Of a DNA stretch of 64,000 nt, positions 11,021 to 23,043 are shown piece by piece. The stretch spans positions 128,001-192,000 of the IMG/VR virus record IMGVR_UViG_3300028591_000074; one strand, written 5' to 3'. The position numbers and the translations under genes were made by a program. The notes beneath the pieces were generated by a model. The model saw only the letters and a list, made by a program, of their open reading frames with translations. It did not search any database and had not been told where the DNA came from. This DNA is from a virus. Lineage: Duplodnaviria > Caudoviricetes. Within the stretch, counting starts at the first letter, position 1; each line of letters starts with the position of its first letter.

Positions 11021-13533
11021 TCTAACATATACAGCAACTCTAGATATCTCCGTTTCCAACGCTTTGCTTTCTTCCGGGCCTTGTGGAGTTGTTTCATGAG
11101 TTTGTCTGTGTTATCAACAGTATCATCAAATGAATTACGATTTACTCCAAAAATCATTCCATCGCTACGGATGAAACCTACATCATATACATTATCATTA
11201 ACAAAGAATTTTATCTCTGTATCCGAGGAAATGTCATCAATTTTCTCTAAATATTCAATCAAAACTTTGGATTTCATAAATTGTCCTCCGCATCAAACTG
11301 GTTTTATTTATCTGCTATGAAAATATGGGAACTGAATCCACACATCATTTCGTCCGTTGTTGTATTCTTCCACATTAACTACAATATCATCATCCGAATG
11401 TCGCATATGTACTTCTTCATATTTCTCTTCCAATGCTTTTCCAACAAATTCCCTTAATTCATCTACATTTTTAGGCAACGGCTTTTTAGGTTCATCTTTT
11501 TCTTTGTCTTCATAAAACTTCTTGATATCAAACCATTTATCTTTCGTGATATGTCCTATACACTTAACAGTGCTGCCCCATCCATCATCACGAACCCTAA
11601 CGTATTTTCCAACTAATCCTTCCCATGTATCGGATTCCAATGTATCCATGATCCGCATGATGCATTCCATACCAGTTGCAGAACCTTTGAATTCATCTGC
11701 ACCAACATATCCATGCCCCAACACATACCCACCAAAGTTACATCCGACTCCGCTACCATCAAGTGTAATACTGAACGTCAGGCAGCCATGATCTGCCATT
11801 GACAATGATACATTTGTTATTTTACCATTCCATGTTTTAAAATCTAAATCTCTCATTTGCATCCCTCCTGATTAAATTATTTACAATTACAATCCAGTTT
11901 GCGCACCAATCCAATTTATATTACCTGTACCAAATAATTCTAAGGAGCTGTCTTCATAAGTATCCCCCTTATGCCAACCAAATAGATCATCCGGGTCACT
12001 GTCATCAAGATGTGTATATTCACGATCAAACTGAACCATCTGCACCTTGCCTTTGAACCCTTCGATCACAGTAGCACACCAAGGATGCGTCTTTACAAAC
12101 TCCTCAGCTTCCGGATTAACTTCAAGAAGTTGATTGTAGTTTGCAACAATGACCATCCCGCTATCGGCGCAGAACTCACCGATTACGTTAGACTCAACAC
12201 AGTCTGTATAATCAGATGCTTTCCATACATGGCAGGACCAGTCACCATACAAGGTATTATTTATGATACAGTCTACACCGATGAAAGAATAATCACCATT
12301 CCTGATGTAACACGGATCTGTTATGATGATGTCACAATCAAAATTCATTTCTTTTATAACTTTTGTCGCTAGTAATTTTTCTGATACTTCCATGTAGTTC
12401 TCCTCTTATTTATTCGAATCTAAATACTACAACGAAACAAACATGATGGAATATGATCGCTTATGTGATTCTTATAATCTTCTTGAATCTGCTTTGTTAT
12501 CTGTTTTGATTTCTCCAGATATTCGTCGCTATATGTGATTTTATGTTTTGTAACATCATTTATGCCGTTTTTCATAGCTTCTGTGATTATCAGCTTTGCC
12601 ATCTACCTGTCCTCCTCAACGCTTTGATAAGGTGTATTTCCGTTTCAACTTTAGAGGAATTTCATCGTATTCTTCACCAATCAATTTGTATAGATCCTGA
12701 AGAACATATCCGACTTTGATTCCATCGGTTTCTGAATACCGTTCTTCAATCTTCAGGATTAACTGTTCAATTTGTCTTTGAAGTTTCTTTTTGCCTAACA
12801 TTTTTCGCCTCCATGTACAATGCTTTGATGGAGTTTATTATTCTTGTCGTTTTCAAATCTTTGTTTCCATATCGGATAACTAACTTCTGCAAGATGTTCG
12901 TATTTTTCCTGAATCTTAATAATTTCCCGCATTTGCTCTAAAATATCAGTATGTTCCATGTTCTGTCTCCATAACGCTTTGATAGAATTATTTGATATAT
13001 ATCGGGAATATCAAATGATATAACAGTTTCTTAGGTGTTGCATACATCCTTACTAAAAACCAATGTTTAGATATTCGCTTGTAGATGAATCCACAATCCG
13101 TTAATCTTTTGATTCGTGTTTCTCTTTCACCATTCACAATCATGTCTATCACTTCTCACTATTCAATATATCAATAATTGCCATTGCTTGATCTACAGTA
13201 AGATCGGACTTTTCACATTTTCGCATCATATTCATTGCCTTATGAATAATATTTGATTCGGCTATTGCTTTTGCATGACCTTCAGAATATTCAATAACAT
13301 GAGATGTATTCCATCGGTCACTTCCACGAGCATGTCCATATCTATCCCACAATGTCTTACCAGTTTTATCTGTGGCAAAATTACCTGCTGGAGTTACTCT
13401 TGTTACAGTTGCAATAGCATCGTTTCCCCAACCTGGAATATATATTACCTTATCTCCTACCTTAATGTTATCGAATGTTGCCATATTTAATATCCTCCAA
13501 TCTGTACAGTAATCATATGCTCCTTACACACAT

Positions 13534-13562
13534 ATAGTAACATATGTAGTACAATATGTCAA
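13534..13562 (-). promoter_or_regulatory. Sigma-A-type early promoter
   Basis: TTGACA-N17-TACTAT upstream of 13484. Confidence 0.65.
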
Positions 13563-13925
13563 CATATTTAAGATAAATTTTTCAATAATTTTATCTCATT
13601 ATGTAGATAATTAAATCTCATCTTTCATATATTCTTCAGATAGGTATCCACCGCAATCTATTACAACTTGCAGCAGAAAATGCTTTGCATTCATCCTGAG
13701 TTCTTTCCCTTCAGTAGTAGTTTCCAAGCATGATTCATAAGGTTTATCGTACATTACGCTTGCGATTAAACTATAAAGATCATGTTCATCCAGATAATCC
13801 GGAGTGTTCAGTTTGCTTACAATCTCTTCGAATCTTTCAGTAATTGTATCAATCAATTTTTGATTATATTTCATATGGAAATCCTCCATTACATATTTAT
13901 GTATTATAACGATTTTGAGTATAAG

Positions 13926-13952
13926 AAAAGCAGATGACATATCATCTGCTTT
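13926..13952. terminator. Intrinsic terminator-like hairpin
   Basis: aaagcagatga-cata-tcatctgcttt. Confidence 0.6.
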
Positions 13953-14741
13953 AATTCTACACTATTCGCCAAATGGATCTGGACACCATGCTAAAACCTT
14001 CTGACCGTTATACATCCACTCATAGTTAGGGTCCCCATCTGGATTGTAAACCATTGTAGTTGCTTCACCGATTGCATTATAACAGCAAACCCTTTGACCA
14101 ACATACGGATATTCACCACCATCATGCAATACACACCAGGGCTCCATTGTGAACTGTCCATTTAACTCTTTGAGATAGTAGGATATGCTTTTTAGCATTT
14201 TTATTTCTTCAGTAGATTTGGTAGATTCCAAAAGTCCGTCAATGTATTGAATACAATCCAATTTAGAATTTAATGTAAAATCATATTCAGCAAGTCTATG
14301 TAGTTTCTCTTCCTCTGTTACATTCTTGATCTGTTCCATAATCATTTGTCTCCTTATCATTTTATTCCAATTCAGTTTTGCATCCTCAGTATTCTTACCA
14401 AAGGCTTCCTTACCGCATCTTGCACACTTGTAACCATACATGGACATACTGCATTACTCCTTCAGATTATTTTTCAATAAAACCATTCCGTACTACAGCT
14501 AAATGGGACGTCTTTAACAACAGTATCAGGTACATCAATAGTACACTCTATACGTTCTGGATCGGCATAATGACTAACAGAACTAAACTCCCCAGCAGTA
14601 AATTTCTCAGCAACCACAGAAACAAAGTTATCCCAACATTCCTCTGAATATACCACACCATTCTTCTTTGGTTTCATGAAATCAGATTTCAAAAATGTGA
14701 CAGTTGCTTTTGCCATGACGAATCACCTCTAAAAGAATACA

Positions 14742-14963
14742 TTACTCTGTATCTGTATCCGTATCGTCTTTACTCTTCTCATAGAACTTAATCGCACCTA
14801 AAATATACTTAGATGCCGACATTCCACTATCTTTTGCGCTTTTCATAACACTCTCTTTTGTTCCCTTCGGAGCAATAATAGTGATCTTATCGTAGTGTTC
14901 CTTTGTGTAATTACTAATGTAAACATTGGCATCAAATTTTTCTTTCTTATTGATATCTTCCAT
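14742..14963 (-). CDS. Ribbon-helix-helix (Arc-like) DNA-binding protein
   Basis: YDKITIIAPKGTKE...GMSASKYI pattern; own TTGACA-N17-TATAAT promoter at ~14992-15020. Confidence 0.65.
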   Translation of the reverse strand: MEDINKKEKFDANVYISNYTKEHYDKITIIAPKGTKESVMKSAKDSGMSASKYILGAIKFYEKSKDDTDTDTE

Positions 14964-15270
14964 ATATATGTCACCTCACTTTCTACATAATATTATATAG
15001 ATATTCATAACATTTGTCAACATATTTTGATATATAAAACTGAACAAAAAATTAAGCCGGATGTTACTCCGACTTAATCATGGGTTCATTACTTGAACTG
15101 CTTAAACACGAACTTACCACCGCATTCGCACCTCAAGTTCGGATCATAAGCATTCCAATTCTCATTTGACTTCTCTTCAAGTATTGGCTGTGGTTTACCA
15201 CAGTTTTCACATACACGAATTATCTTAAGTTTCTTTGCCATATTCATACCACTTTCGTAAAATTAAAATA

Positions 15271-17474
15271 TTAAAATTGATCTCTATCATATCCGCAGGA
15301 TTCTACATAATCCCAATCATCATCGGTAAAGCCTTTCTCATCATACCATGCATGGAATATGTTCCACTCTACTTCGGACCATACTTGATCGTCTTCAATC
15401 ACATTGACCAAATCCTGTGCCATCTGTTGAAGAGAATCATAGTAATCAAAATTTACGGTATGTTGAAGTTGATCCCAATCAGCATCAGATACATCATCCT
15501 TTGTTACTTTATGTTCTGCGAAATCTATTACTTTTGAACACTTGATAGATGTAGAAGATTCTACATACTCAGATATAATTTTATCGTAGAATGGTTGCCA
15601 ATATGCAACAAGTGTATCAACACATTCATCTGCATTATTAGGTTTAATCTCAACTTCTGTGTCAACTACATTTCCATTAGCATCTACAGGAAATTCCCAA
15701 TCATCATAATGATTTGGAAGACCACCAATATTAGGAGTACATGCAACTTTACCATACAGACGGTTAGTATCTGCCCAAGTAAATATCGCACCGTAAATAT
15801 CACCTTTGTATTGACCTAAATACACATATACTGGAACTCCATAATCCACATCAGAATCATTCAGCATGTATGAAATCTTACTGCGGATATTTTGATATGC
15901 TCTATTTGGAAACTCAGAACAAGTTATTTTTGAACTACGAATATACTTCTTCATAATTATACTCCCCATACTAAATGTACTATATTATCCAAGCCTACCT
16001 TCTTTGTAAGCCTGTATATATGCTTTAACTACTGTATTAGCAATCTTCTTAGTATCACCTGTTAATGTACCAAAATCAGTTTCTACCTGCATATCACCAA
16101 GGTTTAAGCGGTTTAATGCTTTTATCAACTCATTTGTGAATGTATCTTTATACTGTTCCAGATCTTCTTCAACAAAGTTGGTTTCATCAAATGCTTCATC
16201 AATAGCATCATAGATATACTCTGTCAGTTCTTCCGGTGAACTGTTTACAGGATCGAATCGCTCTGCACAGGAAATGTAATTTGATCTTACACAGCTGTTT
16301 CGTTTAGAACGATCAGTAGATGTAGAAGATTCTACATCTATTGACTGCGGTTTCATATCCCAAAGTTTTCTATGCAATTTATTAACATTAATATCTCTAT
16401 CAATAAAATCCCCATTTACATCCAATAAAATGTATTCTGAAGATCCAAAATGATCTGTTATTTTCACAATCTTTCCAACACCTTTACGTGATTCATATAC
16501 AATGTCTTTTATTTGTTCAAAACACTTAATATATCTCTTCATAATCATACTCCTTTTATTTTAGCCCCAAATATCTACGCCAAGATACGTAAGCAAATCC
16601 TCGAACCATACGGAATCTTCATAGGATTTATTTGGAACAGCTTCTCGCAATACATGCTTGTCACCTACATATACATCCCAAATAGGATCATCATTTGCAG
16701 GTACATCTGCATCTGGACTATTCCAAGCATCGACAATATCATCAACAGATTCGAATCTCCATGTTCTTGTATCTCCATCTGCATTTAGGCTTTTGAATGT
16801 AATTGATCCATTGGAATTTGCTTTAATACACTTCTTCATAATTATACTCTCCCTTACATACTATTCATACCTGCCAATAGATTCATACTTTCCACCGGAA
16901 GTATACAATTCATTGTACATATCCATAACGATATAATATTGTTCATTGGTAAAGTTTTTACTATTATATTTAAGATTACCTATGGCTTCACGGACCGCAA
17001 TAGTTGAACCACTATCTACTGCATCACTTAAATCTGAAAGAATTTCGTCCTGTCGTTTGTTTAGATTACGATTATGCCACTCAAAATAGTCCAATAGCTC
17101 TCTTGCATCTGAAAATAATTGTAATGATAAATCACCTGTGGCACTTCTAATATATTTCTTCATAATTATACCTCATAATCGAATTCTTTCCATCCACCAG
17201 AATCACGGACGTATTCTACGAGTTCGTCTACATCAATCATACCGTCTTCAGTGAATATGTTATATCCGTATTCTTCGCCTTGTTCTTCAAAGAAATCAGT
17301 AGCAAGTGCAACTACATTTTCTTCATCTGTTTCTGGCTTATATCCACTTTTACGAAGTGCCTGTAATACTCTTCCGTAGTCACTATCTGTTGGTGGGTTG
17401 AAATTAGTTTGTTCAAAACACTTAATATACTTCTTCATAATTATATTCTCCTTTATATAAATCAATCTATGCAA
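15271..17474 (-). CDS. Five small acidic proteins with a shared MKK/RYI(K/R)(S/C/A) N-terminus; candidate internal head proteins
   Basis: ORFs 15271, 15985, 16561, 16861 and 17166 start MKKYIRSS, MKRYIKCF, MKKCIKAN, MKKYIRSA and MKKYIKCF. Confidence 0.6.
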
Positions 17475-18004
17475 CTAACTTTAACCTTATACACATGTCC
17501 CATATATCCGAACACAATTTCAGATTTACCACGATCCACGTACTGTGTTTCTCCAGTCTCGTCATCAATTTCTGTGCAAAGGTCTGGATCAAACTGTGGA
17601 AATTGTGTATTTCCAAACAGGGTGTCAAATATAAGATCAGCCATTTCTTTTGAATCTCCTGATTCTAATCTATTCTTAGAATCGTAAGCAATCTCAGAGT
17701 TTAAATCTGAACACTCGATAGATGTAGATGATTCTATAAAATCCCTATCCAATTTAAGTTCAAGGGCATAGTCTGAATCATAATTGTCCGTTACTCCCCA
17801 CCCATTAAGATAGGAACCATCTTCATCTACACCAGTCCATTCAATATCACTAATAATATCATCAACTGTTGGAAGATTTGTTTCATCAGCAGTGTCTTTC
17901 CCGGCATCAAGAATTTCTTTACGCTTTGCATTTAGTTCTGCTAAATATCTTTTAACTTTTTGCATACCACGATCTGTCAATTTATACATAATATTGTACC
18001 TCAC
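17462..18004 (-). CDS. Acidic hypothetical protein with IESSTSIECS motif
   Basis: Motif shared with 15271 (VESSTSIKCS) and 15985 (VESSTST). Confidence 0.55.
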   Translation of the reverse strand: MRYNIMYKLTDRGMQKVKRYLAELNAKRKEILDAGKDTADETNLPTVDDIISDIEWTGVDEDGSYLNGWGVTDNYDSDYALELKLDRDFIESSTSIECSDLNSEIAYDSKNRLESGDSKEMADLIFDTLFGNTQFPQFDPDLCTEIDDETGETQYVDRGKSEIVFGYMGHVYKVKVSCID

Positions 18005-18131
18005 TTTATACTCACTATAACGATTTACAACAAATAATTACCTAAATATAAATAAGGTTGAAAGCCGGAAGATGAAGTTTATGAATCTTTCAATAGTATA
18101 ATTTAGTGTTATTTAGAATATTTAGGATATT

Positions 18132-19653
18132 TTACTGTTCTATAAATTCATATCCAATTAGTGTTCAATTATTAGATATAGATACTGATGTGTTGTGGAG
18201 TTCTGCTATATCTTCTGTGGTTAATACGGTTGCATACATTCGGAAGTCGGATAGTTGACCTGAGAAATATGCAGTAAATGCAGTTCCTGCGGAATTATTA
18301 CTTCTAGCCCCGACAACTAAGTTTGACCTTTGTTTTAAGGCAGCTGTGATAGTTGTAGTATCTACAAGTGCACCGTCTAAATAAGTTTTCATGGAAGAAC
18401 CATCATATGTACAGAAATAGTGATGCCAATTTGTATCATGCAGTAATGCAATTTGAGAATTGTAAGAACCATTAGCCGTGCTTTGTAATCTGTTTTGAGA
18501 ATGGTTTGTATAGAAACCTAATTGTGTATCTGCATCACCACCGGAAGTATTTAATAATAATACAGATTGCCAACCGGAACTAAGATCTGCACTTTTATAC
18601 CACATACCATAACTCCATTGATTTCCGATACTAAATTCTGATTTACTGATAGCAGAATTTGATCCATTAAATATTGTACTATGAGTATATCTTGGAGTAT
18701 CAGTACTTACAGTTAATGATGCACTATTTGTTCCATTGTATTTATATCCACTTACGTCATAACAAATGCTTGGAGTTCCAACTACTGATCCCGCAGTAAA
18801 AGCAGTATTAGCAGATACAGTAAATGTATTATTTACAACATCACACATGTCTACATTATAATATTTTACAGGCATGTTCAATTCCATACCATACAACTTA
18901 CTTAGATAATATTGTTGGTATGAGGTTGCAACTGCACCATTATGATATTTCGTATTAGATTGCTTTTCACGCAATTCTGGTGATTGCATTGTATACAAAA
19001 CACCATAATTCTTAAAAAGAGTTTCTTGCTTCTTTTTCTTAATGTTATCCAATTTGGATACATTATCTACACCATAACGTGCAAAAACGGTTTCAATGCA
19101 TTTTTGCTTTATTTCAGCATTTTGAAATGTGTATTCAACACCATATCGTTCCAAACAAGTATTTCTAGTTTTTTTCTTTAACTTGATCCGATTTTTGTGT
19201 GCTATCTACACCATATTTTGAAATCAAAATTTGTTTTATCTTTTCACGATGATTCGGATCTTGAAATACATAATCTACACCATAATGATTTTTAGTAGTT
19301 ATCCTTGATTTTTCTTGAATTGATTCCAAACACATTGGGGATGGTACACCGTAATTAGACATATTACATTCACGAAGTTTTACACCAGAACAATCCCTAC
19401 ATGCTAATTTCTTGATTACAGTATGATTCATCTCCAAAACATATGTTTTATATGACATTTCAAGTTATTTACCACAATAATCACACGCACAAATTATTAC
19501 AGCATGGCTACCTTTTGACAAATGTTCAATACTAACATCAATTATGTCACCAACTTTATAACCAATGTAACCCTTAGATTCCAAATATTTCCTATTCGAA
19601 TTTGCAATCCGAACTTTTGCAGTCTTTGATATCAACATATTCAATTTCTCCAT
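18132..19653 (-). pseudogene. Decayed Zn-finger/YGV-repeat endonuclease-type gene fused to a LamG/ConA-like domain
   Basis: In-frame TAA at 19465, A-run frameshift near 19170, abrupt switch to LamG (WHHYFCTYDG...GQLSDFRMY) near 18845, in-frame TGA at 18165 followed by TLIGYEFIEQ*. Confidence 0.75.
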
Positions 19654-19828
19654 TCGATTTTTGTACTTTGTATAAATTTATAAGTTCTTCGATTTTTGTT
19701 GTATTATCAAATAAATAAACATTTCTCCAACGTCTACCTAAATTAGTTTCAATTCTACGAATAGGAATCCCATGCATCATTAAAAATCCTGCAAGGCGTA
19801 AATTATAAATACACTTATAGTTATTCAT
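19592..19828 (-). CDS. DUF5659-like small protein
   Basis: IYNLRLAGFLMMHG...NVYLF pattern. Confidence 0.55.
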   Translation of the reverse strand: MNNYKCIYNLRLAGFLMMHGIPIRRIETNLGRRWRNVYLFDNTTKIEELINLYKVQKSNGEIEYVDIKDCKSSDCKFE

Positions 19829-19837
19829 ATGTGCACC

Positions 19838-20278
19838 TTAGTGTGTTGTAAACACAAGATTCCCAGGTTGTGATTCATCTACATAACAACGAACCTTATT
19901 GTTCCAATTATCTTTGTCTTGTTGTGTTACGTGAATTACATCATTGTCAACATGTGCTTGATAATAATCTTCAATGAAGGGCATATCAATTAGATAGCTT
20001 ATTCCATCCCCAATCTTAAGTCCAGGTATAAGTGTTCCATCTAAATCATGATGATCAGAATATACATAGACTGTACCTTTCATAGACTTTAATTTTGGAG
20101 TAGCATTCCAATTAGCGGTAGTGTCTATCAAAACCCTACCGCCGAATTGTTGTGTTCCTAAAAAGATTTGTCCGGTTTGTTCAATGAAGTATAAACCATT
20201 TTGATTTATATCTTTTGGAAGATGATCAGACTTGACGTAATAATGTTTGACAAGTTCTTGATCTTGTGGTTCTGGCAT
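19838..20278 (-). CDS. Tail-associated small protein (putative)
   Basis: LKIGDG..YLIDMPF and HVTQQDKDNWN motifs common in tail-fibre-associated proteins. Confidence 0.5.
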   Translation of the reverse strand: MPEPQDQELVKHYYVKSDHLPKDINQNGLYFIEQTGQIFLGTQQFGGRVLIDTTANWNATPKLKSMKGTVYVYSDHHDLDGTLIPGLKIGDGISYLIDMPFIEDYYQAHVDNDVIHVTQQDKDNWNNKVRCYVDESQPGNLVFTTH

Positions 20279-20291
20279 ACACTACCACCTC

Positions 20292-20756
20292 TTATAAGAA
20301 ATCGTTATCTTTCAATGCTTTCTGATATGCAGAATTGATATTTGCTATTGCATGAACAGCCTTGTTATTCTTGTATCCTGGGTGCTCATCACAATAGTGT
20401 TCATATTCTGTAATATCCTCATTCGTTTGATCAAACCATTCTTCAGAATGACGCACTTTTAATTTAATTTCATCCGAACCTCTGAGAATACGAACTCTAC
20501 GAGTATCAGCAACTGTTTTAAGATGTTCTTGACGAATCTTCTCATCATTTTCATTCATCTTTTCAGATAAATCTTTTATGCTTTGATGCATTTCATCTTT
20601 CATAGTATTCACATTCTCATTTACAGATTTAATCTCTTTTGTTAATTCTTCTAATTTGGAATTCTTAGTATCTTTTCTGGTTATAAGGAACTGAATGAAT
20701 GTGAATACTGCTGAACTACCTATAATGGATAGTACTATAGTTAATACAGGTCCCAT
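20292..20756 (-). CDS. Membrane-anchored coiled-coil protein, holin-like
   Basis: N-terminal TM helix, coiled coil, RVRILR...YEHYC..HPGYKNNKA C-terminus. Confidence 0.55.
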   Translation of the reverse strand: MGPVLTIVLSIIGSSAVFTFIQFLITRKDTKNSKLEELTKEIKSVNENVNTMKDEMHQSIKDLSEKMNENDEKIRQEHLKTVADTRRVRILRGSDEIKLKVRHSEEWFDQTNEDITEYEHYCDEHPGYKNNKAVHAIANINSAYQKALKDNDFL

Positions 20757-20793
20757 TGCATCACCTCCTTACTAATATTGATAGTCATCAGGA

Positions 20794-21999
20794 TTATTCA
20801 CCTGCAACAGTCGATGCAAATACATAACCAACTGCCTTTCTACCATTTCCTGGAAGTGTATATTCGATTCTTCTAAATTCTACATTTGTATATGGATCTA
20901 TGTATCCACCATCAAATACTTTAACTGCGCCAATAATATCAGTAAGTGGGAACTTAATATTTGGTATGGAATAAACACGTGTAACTTTTGTAAGTGCAAT
21001 AGATGTAGAATCTTCTAAAGTTTCACTCGTTAATGCATCTTGTGCTGAGCTAAGGAAGATTGTAGGCGATGTCTGTTCAGGTTTTTCCGGTTTAGTTTCT
21101 ACTACAGGTTCTACTTCTTCAATCGATTCTTCTGTAGATTCTTCTACTGATTCATCAGTGGAATCTTCTACTGGTTCAGAAGCAAGTTCTTCCTCTGCAT
21201 CTTCAGTATCAGAAGTGATATCACTATCGGTATCAATAGGTTCAGGTACAACATCTGTATCGGAATCTACAATATCAACATCGGAATCATCATCAGATTT
21301 CGATTCAATTTCCGTAACAGTATAAACGCCATTTTCATCTTGTTCTGAAATTTCGTAAGTGTCGGTATCTACAGAATCATCTGGAATAGTACCCTTGAAT
21401 GATCCACCAGTTACTGTAACTATAGTTGCGGTATCATCTTCTTTCGAAATTGCTTTGGAGAATGAGTAGATTCCACCACCTTGAACTTCTACGATACCCT
21501 TCTTCGCTACATTTACACCGTGATAATCACCATAAGCTGAAATAGAACCGTCTATAAGAACTAACTTACTATTTGCTTTTGCATTTGTGTAACCTTCTAC
21601 AGATACAACTGCACCTTCACCGGAATCTGGATTCGTCCCAATTACTGCACCATCGATTGTAAGTGTAGATTTCTTTGTTACAGATGCAATTGTTCCAGAA
21701 CCACCTGCCTGTAAACCTTCACCAAATGTAACATGTGTATCTGCACCATCTAAAATGATAGATGGAGAAGCGTTGCAGATAATGTCACCACCGATAAATG
21801 TAATATTACCGGATGTAATGGTAAGTGGAGATTCAATTGTTAAGTTGTAGGAATCAAGATTGATTGTAAGATTATTATTTGTTGAAATATCAATAGATTC
21901 TGAGACTGTGATATTATCGGAAAATACAATACTATCACCATCATTAGAAGAAGCAATAGATTCAAGCAGTTCTTGAAGTGTGCTTACAGTAAGTATCAT
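20794..21999 (-). CDS. Highly acidic beta-helix-like protein
   Basis: Repetitive beta-strand/GG motifs and a long D/E-rich linker. Confidence 0.5.
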   Translation of the reverse strand: MILTVSTLQELLESIASSNDGDSIVFSDNITVSESIDISTNNNLTINLDSYNLTIESPLTITSGNITFIGGDIICNASPSIILDGADTHVTFGEGLQAGGSGTIASVTKKSTLTIDGAVIGTNPDSGEGAVVSVEGYTNAKANSKLVLIDGSISAYGDYHGVNVAKKGIVEVQGGGIYSFSKAISKEDDTATIVTVTGGSFKGTIPDDSVDTDTYEISEQDENGVYTVTEIESKSDDDSDVDIVDSDTDVVPEPIDTDSDITSDTEDAEEELASEPVEDSTDESVEESTEESIEEVEPVVETKPEKPEQTSPTIFLSSAQDALTSETLEDSTSIALTKVTRVYSIPNIKFPLTDIIGAVKVFDGGYIDPYTNVEFRRIEYTLPGNGRKAVGYVFASTVAGE

Positions 22000-22028
22000 T
22001 TTGAAATCCTCCTCGATTGATTATAAAT

Positions 22029-22460
22029 TCAAATCATGTTTTCCAAACGAATCTGTCTCATTTCATCCCAAATTAAGTTAGACAGTATTCTAACTCTTGC
22101 TTTACGAGATTCGTCTAAAACATCCTTGTACTTATATATAAGGTGTTTTTCCTTTTTTGACACTAAAATGGTTTCTCTTGTGGATTCACGTACATCTATA
22201 TCATCTATATATAACAATCTATCGTTTGCGTAAATGAGGTCAAGATTCTTTCTTGTTTCTGCATATTCCAATTTCTGCTGAAGATGTTTCGGTTCTACAC
22301 CAGTAATGACCCAAGATATGGCTTCGGATTCTGAAATACAATTATTGACACGTTTCATTCTTCTACGTGCCACACCGCATATATACAGAATGGCAGCATA
22401 ATTGCTGCCAAGTGCCTGTACATATATATTAAATTTTGAATCATATATCCAATGTTTCAT
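22029..22460 (-). CDS. Hypothetical protein, N-terminus weakly RNA polymerase omega (RpoZ)-like
   Basis: SNYAAILYICGVARRR...EAISWVITG resembles omega S-x-Y...AR...ALEEI..G; weak. Confidence 0.3.
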   Translation of the reverse strand: MKHWIYDSKFNIYVQALGSNYAAILYICGVARRRMKRVNNCISESEAISWVITGVEPKHLQQKLEYAETRKNLDLIYANDRLLYIDDIDVRESTRETILVSKKEKHLIYKYKDVLDESRKARVRILSNLIWDEMRQIRLENMI

Positions 22461-22530
22461 AAATGAACATTATTCAACTTTCTTGCGTATAAGATTATTT
22501 CATATTTGTGGTTATACTTCCCACGGCCTT

Positions 22531-22886
22531 GTTTGACACCTATGTAAGTTAGCATTTCATCAAAACTTCTACCATGTATCAAGCATTTTGACACCTATGT
22601 AAATTAACATGACACCAAAACGATATCGTGATTTCACCGCGTATCTGGCTTGTTTGATACCTATGTAATTTAACATGACATCAAAACAGTAGCAGTTACA
22701 TTCATGATACTTCCTCCAGTTTGATACCTATGTAATTTAACACTGTATCGAAACTAATAGCACGCTTTTGTTTCGATTCGCTTTGTTTGACACCTGTGTA
22801 ATTTAACATTGTATCGAAACTAATATCGGATTTGGAAGTCAGTTGGCAAGGTTTGATACCTATGTAATTTAACATGACATCAAACC
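22531..22886 (-). CRISPR. CRISPR array 1: six 36-nt repeats, spacers 19/30/31/30/30 nt
   Basis: Repeats at 22531, 22586, 22652, 22719, 22785 and 22851; plus-strand consensus GTTTGAYACCTATGTAATTTAACATGACATCAAAAC. Confidence 0.93.
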
Positions 22887-22997
22887 CCAAATCACACACG
22901 TATTCAGTTTTGATAGCATATTTACAAAGGTTTAGTGAGTGCTTTGTGGAAATCATTATAGATTTCCTACCTCACTATAAGGTTGTCAAATCAACCC
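22887..22997 (-). ncRNA. tracrRNA-like scaffold, copy 1
   Basis: Two hairpins plus anti-repeat ACCTTTGTAAATATGCTATCAAAAC; homologous to 23586-23697 and 23881-23961. Confidence 0.8.
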
Positions 22998-23043
22998 TTA
23001 TATATAAATATTTCAATTACATGTAACAACCGATCCTTCTGAT

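Larger units (their letters stand above)
2933..15240 (-). other. Array of about 35 short co-oriented accessory/hypothetical phage ORFs
   Basis: Tightly packed minus-strand ORFs of 60-240 aa with GAGG/GGAG RBSs and overlapping stop/start codons. Confidence 0.75.

Noticed and set aside
18165-19467. In-frame stops suggesting a recoded genetic code
   Set aside because: Different stop codons plus a frameshift in one decayed gene; long genes elsewhere read normally in the standard bacterial code.
22702-22956. 84-aa ORF with repeated FDxxLNYxG
   Set aside because: Translation of CRISPR array 1 and its tracr; the 66-nt period keeps the frame open.
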